Assembly: GCA_001790445.1 (NCBI GenBank)
Contig: MGCQ01000009.1
Coordinates: forward strand, 81,491 to 145,490
Source: Candidatus Saccharibacteria bacterium RIFCSPHIGHO2_12_FULL_41_12
GTDB taxonomy: Bacteria; Patescibacteriota; Saccharimonadia; Saccharimonadales; 2-12-FULL-41-12
Direction: 5' to 3'
Length of the DNA: 64,000 nt
Positions 28,766-38,770 of this stretch are shown piece after piece; the stretch's first letter is position 1; each line of letters opens with the position of its first letter. A model generated the notes under the pieces. The model was not told where the DNA came from and did no database searches. It saw nothing but the letters and a program-made list of their open reading frames with translations. The position numbers were made by a program, and so were the translations under genes.

Positions 28766-29395
28766 CTAAAAGTTAGGTGGAGTTGGGTCAACCTTAATAT
28801 TCCCGGAGTGAAATTTTACTTCATCAGGATAAATGCCAGTTACAGAGTTGATGCTTAATTTGGCTTGATCACCATTAGGCTCATCACCATGATTCTTGAC
28901 TGCGTATACGAGAGTTCCTTCTGTATTCGGTCCCAGTGGTATGTCGCCATCAAAGATGTTACCACCAACATAAGATCTGGCACCAATAGTTACATCAGGC
29001 TCGGAGGTACTAAGCGAAAGCGTAACTGATCTATCATGATTTGCAAGTGTTGCGTTTTGTTCTGGTTCTGGTAATGGTGGTTTGTTGTCATTAGTTTGTT
29101 TAGAATCAGGACTACAGCTATATAAGATAGCTGATGCACTTAAACTTCTATCCTCGGGGAAAGAGTCGTGAGCGCTGGAAGTGTTGAAGGGGGAGTCAGT
29201 ACGATGACTCCTTAATCCTTTTAACTTTAATCTATCGTTTAAATTTATTACTGCAAAATTTTTCGGGGTTTTCGACTTATCGCTACAGCCGAGTACTATA
29301 TCGTGGACAGAGGAGTTGTCTTTGCCACAACCAGAAAGGACAATGGCCAAACCGGCAGCAACTGCGAAAAGCTTAGTTCGTGCTTTTCTGGGCAT
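28766..29395 (-). CDS. Hypothetical lipoprotein
   Basis: MPRKARTKLFAVAAGLAIVLSG|C lipobox; start uncertain. Confidence 0.6.
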   Translation of the reverse strand: MPRKARTKLFAVAAGLAIVLSGCGKDNSSVHDIVLGCSDKSKTPKNFAVINLNDRLKLKGLRSHRTDSPFNTSSAHDSFPEDRSLSASAILYSCSPDSKQTNDNKPPLPEPEQNATLANHDRSVTLSLSTSEPDVTIGARSYVGGNIFDGDIPLGPNTEGTLVYAVKNHGDEPNGDQAKLSINSVTGIYPDEVKFHSGNIKVDPTPPNF

Positions 29396-29472
29396 AATGT
29401 CGTTCTTAAGTCGGCGGTCTTTCATAATTATTAATAATAACACAAAAAACTAAAATAGTCAATTAATAATTC

Positions 29473-29597
29473 CTGAACCACCCCGCGCTTCGTCAAAACA
29501 TTTATAACCACCTCTGTTAAGCCGTTATACTTAGTTGCTTGGGCTATTCCCCCACTCCGTTAATGGTAACTTATTTTCAAAGTGTGGGATGGTTCAG
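29473..29597. repeat. 125-bp element with imperfect 20-bp terminal inverted repeats
   Basis: CTGAACCACCCCGCGCTTCG / CAAAGTGTGGGATGGTTCAG, 16/20 Watson-Crick. Confidence 0.65.
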
Positions 29598-29604
29598 TAA
29601 TAAT

Positions 29605-30126
29605 TTATGCGTTTGCGGGGTTGAGGTTGGGTTCGTGGGCTTTTACGGTTGCATCTTCAATAATGATTCGAGTTTTGGTTGTTTCTATGACTTGTGACCT
29701 GTCTATGCTACTTTCTCCCGAGGTAAACCCTTTAATTAGACCTTTGGTAAAGTAGATCTTTTGAATTAACATACTTTCTACCTCAACTGCGTAGTCGCTG
29801 ACTTTTCCAAGGTTTTTGTTGTTTTCTGTTGTCACGTATTTACCAATCAACGAATAATTGAGTTCAATCAAATCTTTTAGCCTGATTAAGTCGCCGGCTG
29901 GGGACAGACTGTCAAGATCATTGATTGCAAAACCAAGAGGCAAGGTTTCGCGAATATCTTGGGTCATTAAATAAAGAACTTCTTTGCTAAATCTGTCTTG
30001 TACTGCCCATGCAACAATTTTAAGATTATCTGGGTTTATAACTGGACCAATGGTCGTCGCGATTTGTCCCCCAGCTCTTAGTGACATAATTGGATAATTA
30101 ATTAAGGTTTTTGAAAGCTTGAGCAT
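29605..30126 (-). CDS. PRC-barrel-like protein
   Basis: MLKLSKTLINYPIMSL..., LIGKYVTTENNKNLGKVSDY; start trimmed to 30126. Confidence 0.75.
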   Translation of the reverse strand: MLKLSKTLINYPIMSLRAGGQIATTIGPVINPDNLKIVAWAVQDRFSKEVLYLMTQDIRETLPLGFAINDLDSLSPAGDLIRLKDLIELNYSLIGKYVTTENNKNLGKVSDYAVEVESMLIQKIYFTKGLIKGFTSGESSIDRSQVIETTKTRIIIEDATVKAHEPNLNPANA

Positions 30127-30178
30127 GTTTTTATTATATACCTCAAATGTAAAAGTTGGGTAGGGTGAAACAATAAAA

Positions 30179-31306
30179 TTATTTTTTGATCTGGGAGAGG
30201 ATTGTGCCGTTGGCTTTTCTTTTGGCGAGTGATTGACATTCGGCTTTGGCATCTGCATACATCATCTGAACAGGTGGGGTTTTTTGAGTCCAAGCACTTG
30301 GACCGCGCAGGGCTCCGACAACTCCAAGCTCTTTGGCCACTTTAAGGTAGCGAATAGCATCGACAACCACACCAGCGCTGTTCTCGGAATCCTGAACGGA
30401 TAGCTTGGCGTCGATAGTTACCGGTGCATCACCAAATCCACGCAGGCGAATGTTAAAGTAAGCCACCTTGTTATCTTCCAGATACGGCAGGTAAGTACTT
30501 GGTCCTGCAAAAAGACTATTTTTTGCGACTGGAATTCCGCGAATTTCGTTCTGAGCGCGGATGACATTTTCTTTTGACTCTTTTTTGCTGGCAAGTCGTG
30601 AGTGTACCATCATGTTGTTAAAATCAGTATTTCCACCGATGTTAATTTGTTGATGAAAATCAACTTCAAACCCTCTGTCAAAAGCCAGTTCTTGTAAGAC
30701 CTGGCTCAAAATACTGGCGCCAAGAGCACTGCGCATGTCATCACCGATAAGAGCCAGCCCTGCGTCAATAAATTTCTTTTCCCATTTGGGGTTTGATGCA
30801 ATAAAGACTGGGATGCAATTGAGGAACATGATCCCTGCGTCAATAGCACACTGGGCATAGAATTCGGTTGCGTCCTGAGAACCCACTGGCAGATAATTGA
30901 TCAAAATGTCAGCTTTTGTATCTTGGATCACTTTGACTATGTCGACGGGCTTCTTCTTTGCTACCCGAAATCCTTCGTCCTCTGGTTGCTCTTGCATGTG
31001 GCTTGACACTCCGTCGAGCACGTGCCCCATCTGTACGGTCGGACCTTTCGGCACCTTGGCAAAGGTTCGAGCACAGTTGGGCTTGGCAAAAATTGCTTCT
31101 CCGATCGGCTTGCCAACTTTGCGACTATCTACATCAAAAGCAGCAACTACCTCAATATCATCAAGGCGATATCCGCCAATGTCAGCGAACATCAGTCCAG
31201 GAACATTTTTTCCTTTAATGCCTTTGTAATGAGCAAATCCTTGGTATAGAGAACTGGCGCAATTGCCGACACCAACAATAGCTATCTTAATTGTTTTCTT
31301 TGTCAT
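30179..31306 (-). CDS. ino1: Myo-inositol-1-phosphate synthase
   Basis: GVGNCASS, YLPVGS, NIGGNTDF, DSENSAG. Confidence 0.95.
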   Translation of the reverse strand: MTKKTIKIAIVGVGNCASSLYQGFAHYKGIKGKNVPGLMFADIGGYRLDDIEVVAAFDVDSRKVGKPIGEAIFAKPNCARTFAKVPKGPTVQMGHVLDGVSSHMQEQPEDEGFRVAKKKPVDIVKVIQDTKADILINYLPVGSQDATEFYAQCAIDAGIMFLNCIPVFIASNPKWEKKFIDAGLALIGDDMRSALGASILSQVLQELAFDRGFEVDFHQQINIGGNTDFNNMMVHSRLASKKESKENVIRAQNEIRGIPVAKNSLFAGPSTYLPYLEDNKVAYFNIRLRGFGDAPVTIDAKLSVQDSENSAGVVVDAIRYLKVAKELGVVGALRGPSAWTQKTPPVQMMYADAKAECQSLAKRKANGTILSQIKK

Positions 31307-31404
31307 TGATTTTCCTTATATAAATTTCTGTGTAACAAAGGTTATTCTAACATAAATTTTGTTTATTAAATATCTTAAATTGGGTGAGTGTATAATTATT
31401 ACTG

Positions 31405-31686
31405 ATGAGTGTAGATATCGAAAAAGAATTAGCTGACCTAAAAAAAGAAATCCAGCAGATAAAGTTGCGCAATAAAAGAGTTGAGGCCGATAAGGCATGG
31501 GAGACCAGTTTTCTCAGAGCAGTAATTATTGTTTTGATTACCTACATCTTTGCAATTGGATTTTTTGCTGTTATTGATCAGCCAAGGCCTTATATCTCGG
31601 CGATTGTGCCAACAGCGGGGTTTGCTATTAGTGTACTGTCGTTTGAAAAGATAAAATCAATTTGGCTTGGGAAGCATAATAAATAG
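31405..31686 (+). CDS. Small membrane protein
   Basis: RNKRVEADKAWETS then 2 TM. Confidence 0.7.
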   Translation: MSVDIEKELADLKKEIQQIKLRNKRVEADKAWETSFLRAVIIVLITYIFAIGFFAVIDQPRPYISAIVPTAGFAISVLSFEKIKSIWLGKHNK

Positions 31687-33203
31687 TGGATCAGGCCTTA
31701 GCATTTGAAATATTAATATCTGGTGAGAATGCGCTGCTGACAGGGCCTGCAGGCTCCGGTAAGACATATGTTCTGAACCAATTTATTCGTCATGCCAAAA
31801 AATCTGGCAAAAAGGTGGCTGTTACCGCTACGACTGGTTTGGCAGCGACGCATTTGGGAGGCAATACCATTCATTCATGGAGTGGGATAGGGATTAAAGA
31901 TTCTATTTCTCCGTATCTTATTGCCGACATGCCAAAAAGCAGAATCGAAACCATCAGGACTACAGACGTGTTGATAATTGACGAAATATCGATGTTGCAT
32001 GACTTCAGGCTAGATATGATTGATCAAATTGCCCGCCGGGTTAGGGATGACGACAATCCTTTTGGCGGGCTTCAAGTAGTGCTTTGTGGCGACTTTTTCC
32101 AACTTCCACCGATCAATCGGGCTGGCGGAGTTGAAGGAACATTTGTGGTTAATGCGGATGTTTGGGAATCGCTTGATCTTGTGGTTTGTTATTTGGATGA
32201 ACAGCATCGCCAAAATGATGATACATTTTTAGAAATTTTGACTGCGCTTCGGTCTGGAGAGATTAGGCGTCACCACGCCGAGACATTACTGGGTCGTAGG
32301 GATATAGAAGTGGGCGAGGCAACAGAACTTCATACTAATAATATTGACGTTGACTATATCAACTCCAAGAAACTATCGGAACTTCCGGGCAAAGAGCATC
32401 ATTATACGATGAACCACACTGGTCAGGCTCATTATGTAGAAAATCTTAAAAAATCTTGCCTGGCGGTAGAGACGCTAGTTCTTAAAGAGGGTGCACTAGT
32501 CATGTGTATCAAAAATAGCCCAGAAAGACGCTATGTCAACGGATCTCTAGGCGTGGTCGTAGGCTTTGACAAAGAGTCAGATTATCCTATTATTGAGCTG
32601 AAAAATGGTCGACGGCTGACCATAATCCCTGATACATGGGAGCTTCGTGATGGTGATAAAAAGCGTGCTGGATTAGTCCAGTTGCCCCTGCGATTGGCCT
32701 GGGCAATTACAGTGCACAAAAGCCAAGGCATGACGCTAGATGCGGCCAGAGTTGATCTAACCAAGGCATTTGTCGAGGGAATGGGCTATGTGGCATTGTC
32801 ACGGGTACGGAGTCTGGATACTCTCAGTCTGCAGGGGATCAATCAGATGGCTCTCAGAGTTAGTCCAGAGGCACTTGAAATAGACAAGACATTGAGACAT
32901 AAATCTGCTAAATACGCCAAGAAATTTGAACATCTGCGGGTCATGGCCAAAAATCGTAAACTCAAACCCTTATCGGCGAAAAAAGCGAAAACTAGCAATT
33001 GGAATGACAAGCTTGCCAAAATGCGACTTGAGTACCCCAATGCCTACAGACCGTGGAAAAAGGAGGACGATGAAAAGCTAGTCAAATTGTTCTCTGGCAA
33101 CAAACCCGTTCTGATAAAAGAACTTACTAAAAAATTTGGTCGCCACCCCGGATCCATTCGTTCTCGCCTAATTAAACATTTCGGCGAAGACGCCATAAAA
33201 TAG
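31686..33203 (+). CDS. PIF1-family SF1B helicase
   Basis: GPAGSGKT, TIHSWSG, DEISM, GDFFQLPP, AWAITVHKSQGMT. Confidence 0.92.
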   Translation: MDQALAFEILISGENALLTGPAGSGKTYVLNQFIRHAKKSGKKVAVTATTGLAATHLGGNTIHSWSGIGIKDSISPYLIADMPKSRIETIRTTDVLIIDEISMLHDFRLDMIDQIARRVRDDDNPFGGLQVVLCGDFFQLPPINRAGGVEGTFVVNADVWESLDLVVCYLDEQHRQNDDTFLEILTALRSGEIRRHHAETLLGRRDIEVGEATELHTNNIDVDYINSKKLSELPGKEHHYTMNHTGQAHYVENLKKSCLAVETLVLKEGALVMCIKNSPERRYVNGSLGVVVGFDKESDYPIIELKNGRRLTIIPDTWELRDGDKKRAGLVQLPLRLAWAITVHKSQGMTLDAARVDLTKAFVEGMGYVALSRVRSLDTLSLQGINQMALRVSPEALEIDKTLRHKSAKYAKKFEHLRVMAKNRKLKPLSAKKAKTSNWNDKLAKMRLEYPNAYRPWKKEDDEKLVKLFSGNKPVLIKELTKKFGRHPGSIRSRLIKHFGEDAIK

Positions 33204-33237
33204 TAAAATATAAAAGTAATCAAAAGATAGGAAAATT

Positions 33238-33750
33238 ATGGATAATAAATTATGCGTTCCTTTTGTTGGGGCAATCATTGAGAGACGACATAAAGGAAAG
33301 TTGCAGCTGCTCATACAAACTCGGCAACACAAGTTTACAGATTCAATTTACAATGGGACAATCGAATTTGCTGCGGGAGTAATGGATAAAGAATATGAGA
33401 ATGTTTACGAAGCTATTGCTAGGGAGATCAAAGAAGAAACTGGGCTTACGCTAAAGCGAGTTATCGATGATTCTCAGACAAAAATTCACTCACCGCAAAA
33501 AACTGACGCAGTGTTTGGCTTTAAACCTTTTTGTTGTACCCAGCAGTTAAAAGACGGCAGACCGTGGGTTGGCTTTATCTTTAGATGTGAAGTTGAAGAT
33601 GGTGAACCAGTAGCTCAAGAAGAAGAAACAGCCAATGTCCATTGGGTAGATGCCACAGAAGTCAAAGAATTATATGAGCAGACTCCAGAGAAACTTTTTA
33701 CTCTTGAAGTTCCTGCGTGGGATTACTATTTCCAAGTTGTTGATTTATAA
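33238..33750 (+). CDS. NUDIX hydrolase
   Basis: AAG..EYENVYEAIAREIKEETG. Confidence 0.85.
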   Translation: MDNKLCVPFVGAIIERRHKGKLQLLIQTRQHKFTDSIYNGTIEFAAGVMDKEYENVYEAIAREIKEETGLTLKRVIDDSQTKIHSPQKTDAVFGFKPFCCTQQLKDGRPWVGFIFRCEVEDGEPVAQEEETANVHWVDATEVKELYEQTPEKLFTLEVPAWDYYFQVVDL

Positions 33751-33857
33751 AATAGACTGTATTTTTGGAAGACACTACGCGGATAAAGAGTCCCTCAGGA
33801 CAAAATATTGTGGAAATGGTTTGAAATTTTCGATATTTTGGTGATAAAATTTATCTA

Positions 33858-35270
33858 ATGAAAAAGCTTATGCTTATTGCATTTTGTCTATTATTTTTTG
33901 TGCCAAATTTGGCACAAGCCGAAAATTTACCACCTCAAATTTTGATCACAGAGCTTCAAACAGCTACCACGACTTCCTCTGACCAGGAATTTGTTGAAAT
34001 TTATAACGATTCGGATGCAGCGGTAAATCTAGCTGATTATAATCTCGAATATTTTTCAGCAACTTCGACCAAAACTACTCCGACCTGGTTTGTAAATTTG
34101 GATGGTACTTTAGAGCCAGATAGTTATTATTTTGTCGCAAGACAAGGGTACTTGGCAGACACAAAAAATCTAGAGTTTACTAGTGCTCTAGCAGATACAG
34201 GTGGTTATGTCAGGATATCTCAAGTTAGCACGGGCGATATAATTGATGCTCTTGGCTGGGGTGGATCGACGAGATTTGAGGGCCACGTAGCTCCCGCGCC
34301 GGCAAAGAGCAAAAGCCTGGTCCGTTCTATGCAAAAAGATTTATATATTGATAGTGACGAAAATTTAAGTGACTTCTCTGTTTTGGACACACCAAATCCA
34401 GCAACTGTAAATTATGTATATGTGCCAGAACCAGAAATTTTATCCCCTCCTGATCCAACTCCAGTTTTGGACGTGGGCACCGATCCTGCTCCCGATCCTA
34501 CGCCAGATCCAGCCCTAGCTCCTGCAGAAATACCACCAGTTGTAACCCCAGAGTATCTTGAACCGTATATAACAGAGTTATTGCCAAACCCGGCTCCTCC
34601 CCAAACGGACGCTGATGATGAGTATATTGAGTTATATAATCCAAATGATATCGCGATAGATTTGTCTGGGTACAAAATACAATCAGGTAACACGTACTCT
34701 TATTCTTACGTCATCAGCGACTTGGTTATCTCCGCAAAATCATATGTGGTAATTTATTCAAAAGATAGTGGGCTGACACTTTCTAATACTTCGTCAAAAG
34801 CACATTTAATCAATAAGTCAGGACAAGTTGTTAGCGAAACTGATCAGTATTCTGACGTGCCGGAAGGCCAATCCTGGCAGTTTTATATTGGCGTTTGGCA
34901 ATGGTCAATTACTGGCTCGCCAGGAGCAAGTAACGTGCAAACTTTTCCAACGTCCCTTTCTACAATCAAAGCGGCGAGCCCAGCAAAACCAAAGTCTACA
35001 AAAACGGCCAAAGCTGCTGCAGCTAAAACGACCAAAGCCAAATTAGCGTCGGCAAAAACTACCACACCTAAAAAAACTACAAAGAAAACCGAAACAGGGC
35101 CAAGTAATAACTTTCAGGAGCCGACTTTGCCACGTACAATACATCCGCTCATGCTTGGCGGAGCAGGGTTGCTTGCGTTATCATACGGTGCATATGAATA
35201 CAGATTTGAATTATCAAATTTTCTCCGACAGCTCAGAGGTAACAGAATCTTTGGCGGAGGAGCTAGCTAA
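33858..35270 (+). CDS. Surface protein with two lamin-tail domains
   Basis: Signal peptide; ITE..EFVEIYN and ITELLPNP..EYIELYNP; Pro-rich and K/A/T-rich linkers; C-terminal TM. Confidence 0.85.
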   Translation: MKKLMLIAFCLLFFVPNLAQAENLPPQILITELQTATTTSSDQEFVEIYNDSDAAVNLADYNLEYFSATSTKTTPTWFVNLDGTLEPDSYYFVARQGYLADTKNLEFTSALADTGGYVRISQVSTGDIIDALGWGGSTRFEGHVAPAPAKSKSLVRSMQKDLYIDSDENLSDFSVLDTPNPATVNYVYVPEPEILSPPDPTPVLDVGTDPAPDPTPDPALAPAEIPPVVTPEYLEPYITELLPNPAPPQTDADDEYIELYNPNDIAIDLSGYKIQSGNTYSYSYVISDLVISAKSYVVIYSKDSGLTLSNTSSKAHLINKSGQVVSETDQYSDVPEGQSWQFYIGVWQWSITGSPGASNVQTFPTSLSTIKAASPAKPKSTKTAKAAAAKTTKAKLASAKTTTPKKTTKKTETGPSNNFQEPTLPRTIHPLMLGGAGLLALSYGAYEYRFELSNFLRQLRGNRIFGGGAS

Positions 35271-35664
35271 AAGCCTGCGGGGTGGTGAAGTCATTGAAAT
35301 GATAGGTGATCTTGGCGCAGGCAAGACTACTTTTGTGCGCGGGCTGACGAGGGGTCTGGGATGTGTAGTTAACGTTACTAGCCCGACGTTTAGTCTTATG
35401 AATACATACTCATCGGGGCGGTTAAGCGTTAATCATTTTGATCTATATCGGCTGGAAGATATTGGTGCAGTTCGGCACGAAATCGAAGAAGCAACAAGTC
35501 ATCCCGAAAACGTTACAATAATTGAGTGGGCCAAACAGATAGATTACATCAAAGATCTGATAAAAATACGGATTGATCTAGACGCGGATGAACAGAATAG
35601 AAAAATACATTTCCTGGTTCCAAAAAAATTCGAATATCTAAAAAAGTCTTTGGAGAACAAGTGA
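35194..35664 (+). CDS. tsaE: t6A biosynthesis ATPase TsaE
   Basis: GDLGAGKTT, SPTF, HFDLYR, IEW. Confidence 0.95.
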   Translation: MNTDLNYQIFSDSSEVTESLAEELAKSLRGGEVIEMIGDLGAGKTTFVRGLTRGLGCVVNVTSPTFSLMNTYSSGRLSVNHFDLYRLEDIGAVRHEIEEATSHPENVTIIEWAKQIDYIKDLIKIRIDLDADEQNRKIHFLVPKKFEYLKKSLENK

Positions 35665-36056
35665 GCATAGTTTTATTGATTAGAACTGACCAAGAACGAG
35701 CAGAAATAGCTTTGGGTAAAAAACTTGTCATCACAGATAACTGTAAATGGTTAGCTGGCCGCGAGTTATCAGCTACCTTGAACCATAAAATAGAAGAATT
35801 ACTCCAAAAAAATAATATTGAGTTTAAAGATCTAGGTGGATTGGTGTTCTACTCTGGTCCAGGAAGTTTTACCGGGCTGAGGATTGGCGTGTCTGTTGCA
35901 AATACGTTGGCTTATTCTTTGCATATTCCTATTGTTGGCAGTGTAGGTGAATCTTGGCAAAAGAACGGCTTAACGAGAATTATCAATAATGAGAACGACA
36001 AGATTGTAAAGCTCCATTATGGTAGTGAGCCAAATATCACAAAGTCACGTAAATAG
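35661..36056 (+). CDS. tsaB: TsaB (short form)
   Basis: GPGSFTGLRIG. Confidence 0.9.
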   Translation: MSIVLLIRTDQERAEIALGKKLVITDNCKWLAGRELSATLNHKIEELLQKNNIEFKDLGGLVFYSGPGSFTGLRIGVSVANTLAYSLHIPIVGSVGESWQKNGLTRIINNENDKIVKLHYGSEPNITKSRK

Positions 36057-36221
36057 TATGATATAATTATTTTGGATAAGAGGACTTATCTAAGCGAGTT
36101 TACAGATAAATAATTAAATATTTTCGAAGAATTTTCAGAGATTGCGACCGTATCTAAAGAAGTGATAGTGACGATATAAGCATTCTCTACAAAAATTGCG
36201 AGAAACAAAGAGGAGAGACAC

Positions 36222-37736
36222 ATGGAACCGATTTCTATTGTGCTTGCCATTGTCGCGTTGGCGACTGGTTATGGTGTGAGCACTTACACTACAAAAAGAA
36301 AACTTAGCAATGTCGAGGCAGAAGCAGATAAAGAGTTAAAAAAAGCCAAATCAAGAGCTGACAAAATGGTGGAAGAAGCCAAGGCAGAAGCTTTCAAACT
36401 TAGCGACACAGCGCGGAAAGAAGACGCGCAGCGACGCACAGAATATAAAGATGTTGAAAAACGTTTACTAACCCGCGAAGAATCATTAGACAAAAAATTA
36501 GATCAACTAGACAAAAGGAATGAATCTCTTAGAAAAAGTGAAGACGAAATCGAAGACCTCAAAAATCACATCAAAGAGATTCGCGTCAAACAACAAGACA
36601 AGCTAGAAAAAATTGCCAAGTTGACCAAAACAGAAGCTGCGGATAAATTAATGCAAATGACAGAGCGAGATGTCAAAGAGGATCTTGTCGGCCTTGTTTC
36701 AAAACTCCAAAACGAAGCACGTGATAACGCAGATGAAAATGCAAAAACTATTATCCTCGGTGCAATGGAGCGAATGGCCAGCGAAGTAACAGCAGAGAGA
36801 ACTTTAACATCAATGAAACTTGAAGACGAGGAGATGAAAGGCCGAATTATCGGGAAAGAAGGACGTAATATTCAGGCTCTTCAAAAGGCCACTGGTGTGG
36901 ATATAATGGTTGACGATACTCCTGGTATGATTGTTTTCAGCTCGTTTGACCCTGTGCGGCGAGAAGTTGCTCGGCTGACACTTGAAATGCTGCTAAAAGA
37001 CGGGCGTATTCACCCTGGCCGGATTGAAGAGGTAGTTGAAAAAGCTCAGAAACAAGTTCAAAAAGACGTTATGCGTACAGGAGAAGACGCAGCCAGAGAA
37101 GTCGGCATTGTTGGAATTCCAAAGGAGATCTTACAATATTTAGGAGAGCTAAAATTTCGAACTAGTTATGGCCAGAATGTGCTCAAGCACAGTACGGAAA
37201 TGGCGCATATTGCAGGTGTGTTAGCCGATCAAATCGGTGCAGACGTCAAGACAGCTAAATACGCAGCATTGATACATGATATGGGCAAAGCCCTAACTCA
37301 CAAAGTTGAGGGTAAACATCATCACATTACAGGTGAGATCGCACGAAAATACGGCGTGCCAGAAGCAGTTGCTCACGCAGCAGAAGCCCACCACGATGAT
37401 ATGGAAGCAACCACACCAGAAGCCTTGGTTGTTAGGGTTGTCGATGCGATTTCAGCAGCTCGTCCGGGTGGTCGAAATATTAGTGTAGAGAACTTTGCAG
37501 AAAGAATGAAAGATCTTGAAAATGTCGCCACAGGATTTGGCGGTGTTGAGAAAGCTTACGCAATTAGCGCAGGTCGAGAAATCAGAGTTTTTGTTAAACC
37601 TGTCGACATTGATGATTTAGGTGCGATCAAGTTGGCACGCGACGTAGCAACCAAGATTGAATCCACCATGCAGTATCCCGGAACGATCAAGGTCAACGTT
37701 ATCCGCGAAACCCGCGCCACAGAATACGCTAAATAA
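36222..37736 (+). CDS. rny: Ribonuclease Y
   Basis: N-terminal TM, coiled coil, KH (GRIIGKEGRNI), HD domain. Confidence 0.97.
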   Translation: MEPISIVLAIVALATGYGVSTYTTKRKLSNVEAEADKELKKAKSRADKMVEEAKAEAFKLSDTARKEDAQRRTEYKDVEKRLLTREESLDKKLDQLDKRNESLRKSEDEIEDLKNHIKEIRVKQQDKLEKIAKLTKTEAADKLMQMTERDVKEDLVGLVSKLQNEARDNADENAKTIILGAMERMASEVTAERTLTSMKLEDEEMKGRIIGKEGRNIQALQKATGVDIMVDDTPGMIVFSSFDPVRREVARLTLEMLLKDGRIHPGRIEEVVEKAQKQVQKDVMRTGEDAAREVGIVGIPKEILQYLGELKFRTSYGQNVLKHSTEMAHIAGVLADQIGADVKTAKYAALIHDMGKALTHKVEGKHHHITGEIARKYGVPEAVAHAAEAHHDDMEATTPEALVVRVVDAISAARPGGRNISVENFAERMKDLENVATGFGGVEKAYAISAGREIRVFVKPVDIDDLGAIKLARDVATKIESTMQYPGTIKVNVIRETRATEYAK

Positions 37737-37748
37737 TAGACACTATTT

Positions 37749-38308
37749 ATGAAATCCATAATTATAATTCACGGAATAGGCGGATATGCAGGTATACATT
37801 GGCAGGGATGGCTGGCGGATGAGCTTGAAAAGTTGGATTACAATGTTCTAATGCCAGAGATGCCAGAAGCTGATAATCCAGACAGGAGTGAATGGCTTTC
37901 AACAATCAAAAACCTACTTAAAAACGTCGAACTTAAAGATTTGATTATTGTTGGACATTCTTTGGGTGTAACTACGGCGCTTGATTTTATTGAGCAGTCA
38001 GATCAGAGAATAAATGGACTTGTTTCTGTGTCTGGATTTGCCGAGGACTATGGTGCTGAGTTAAACGGTGAATTCTTAAAGCAGAAGAACTTAGATTTCA
38101 AAAAAATAAGAGACAACCTTTCTTGGCTTCAGTATTATATGGAGATGACGATCCCTATGTTACCAAAGAAGCCTTAAAATATGTTGCAGATGGCTTAGGA
38201 GCAGAGCCTTTGATTATACAAAATGGCGGACATCTTAATACTGAAACAGGCTACACAACATTCCCCGAATTACTAAAATTATTAATGGATAAAATCAATG
38301 AAAATTAG
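37749..38308 (+). pseudogene. RBBP9/YdeN alpha/beta hydrolase split by a 1-nt frameshift
   Basis: GHSLG in 37749-38177; DDDPYV and NGGHLN in the -1 frame (38123-38308). Confidence 0.75.
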
Positions 38309-38768
38309 AAAAGCAACAATTGAGGACCTGAAAGCTGTACAGGATTTGAGCTTTAAGCTTTTCAAAAATGATGAGTCTTGGGTATCTCACTTGAGAATGG
38401 ATTGGACATTTGAAGACGAAGGGATTAAATATTTCACTTCACGTTTAAATGGAAAAGAAGGAATAGCTTACGTTGCAGAAGATAATAACAGGATAGTAGG
38501 CTATATAACTGGTGATATGAAGAAGGACGTAAGCTGGCGATCTGTCAGGATCGCAGAACTTGAAAATATATTCATTGAAGAAGAATCTAGACATAAAAAT
38601 ATGGGCAAGAAATTATTTGGTGAGTTCAGAATATGGGCGAGAGAACAAGAAGCACAAAAATTAATGGTTAGTGCTTCTTATCCCAATACTTCAGCAATTG
38701 AATTCTATAAATCTGTCGGTTTTGAGCCGTATTCTTTAGAACTAGAAATGGGCATGGAAGGCGAATAA
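38298..38768 (+). CDS. GNAT acetyltransferase
   Basis: MKIRKAT, R.KNMGKKL, AIEFYKSVGF. Confidence 0.88.
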   Translation: MKIRKATIEDLKAVQDLSFKLFKNDESWVSHLRMDWTFEDEGIKYFTSRLNGKEGIAYVAEDNNRIVGYITGDMKKDVSWRSVRIAELENIFIEEESRHKNMGKKLFGEFRIWAREQEAQKLMVSASYPNTSAIEFYKSVGFEPYSLELEMGMEGE

Positions 38769-38770
38769 TT

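Noticed and set aside
34440-35100. Pro-Asp and Lys/Ala/Thr repeats in the lamin-tail protein
   Set aside because: Ordinary low-complexity linkers without exact DNA repeats.
36121-36205. 6S RNA upstream of rny
   Set aside because: The stem spans only ~85 nt and lacks the central bubble; kept only as a low-interest leader.
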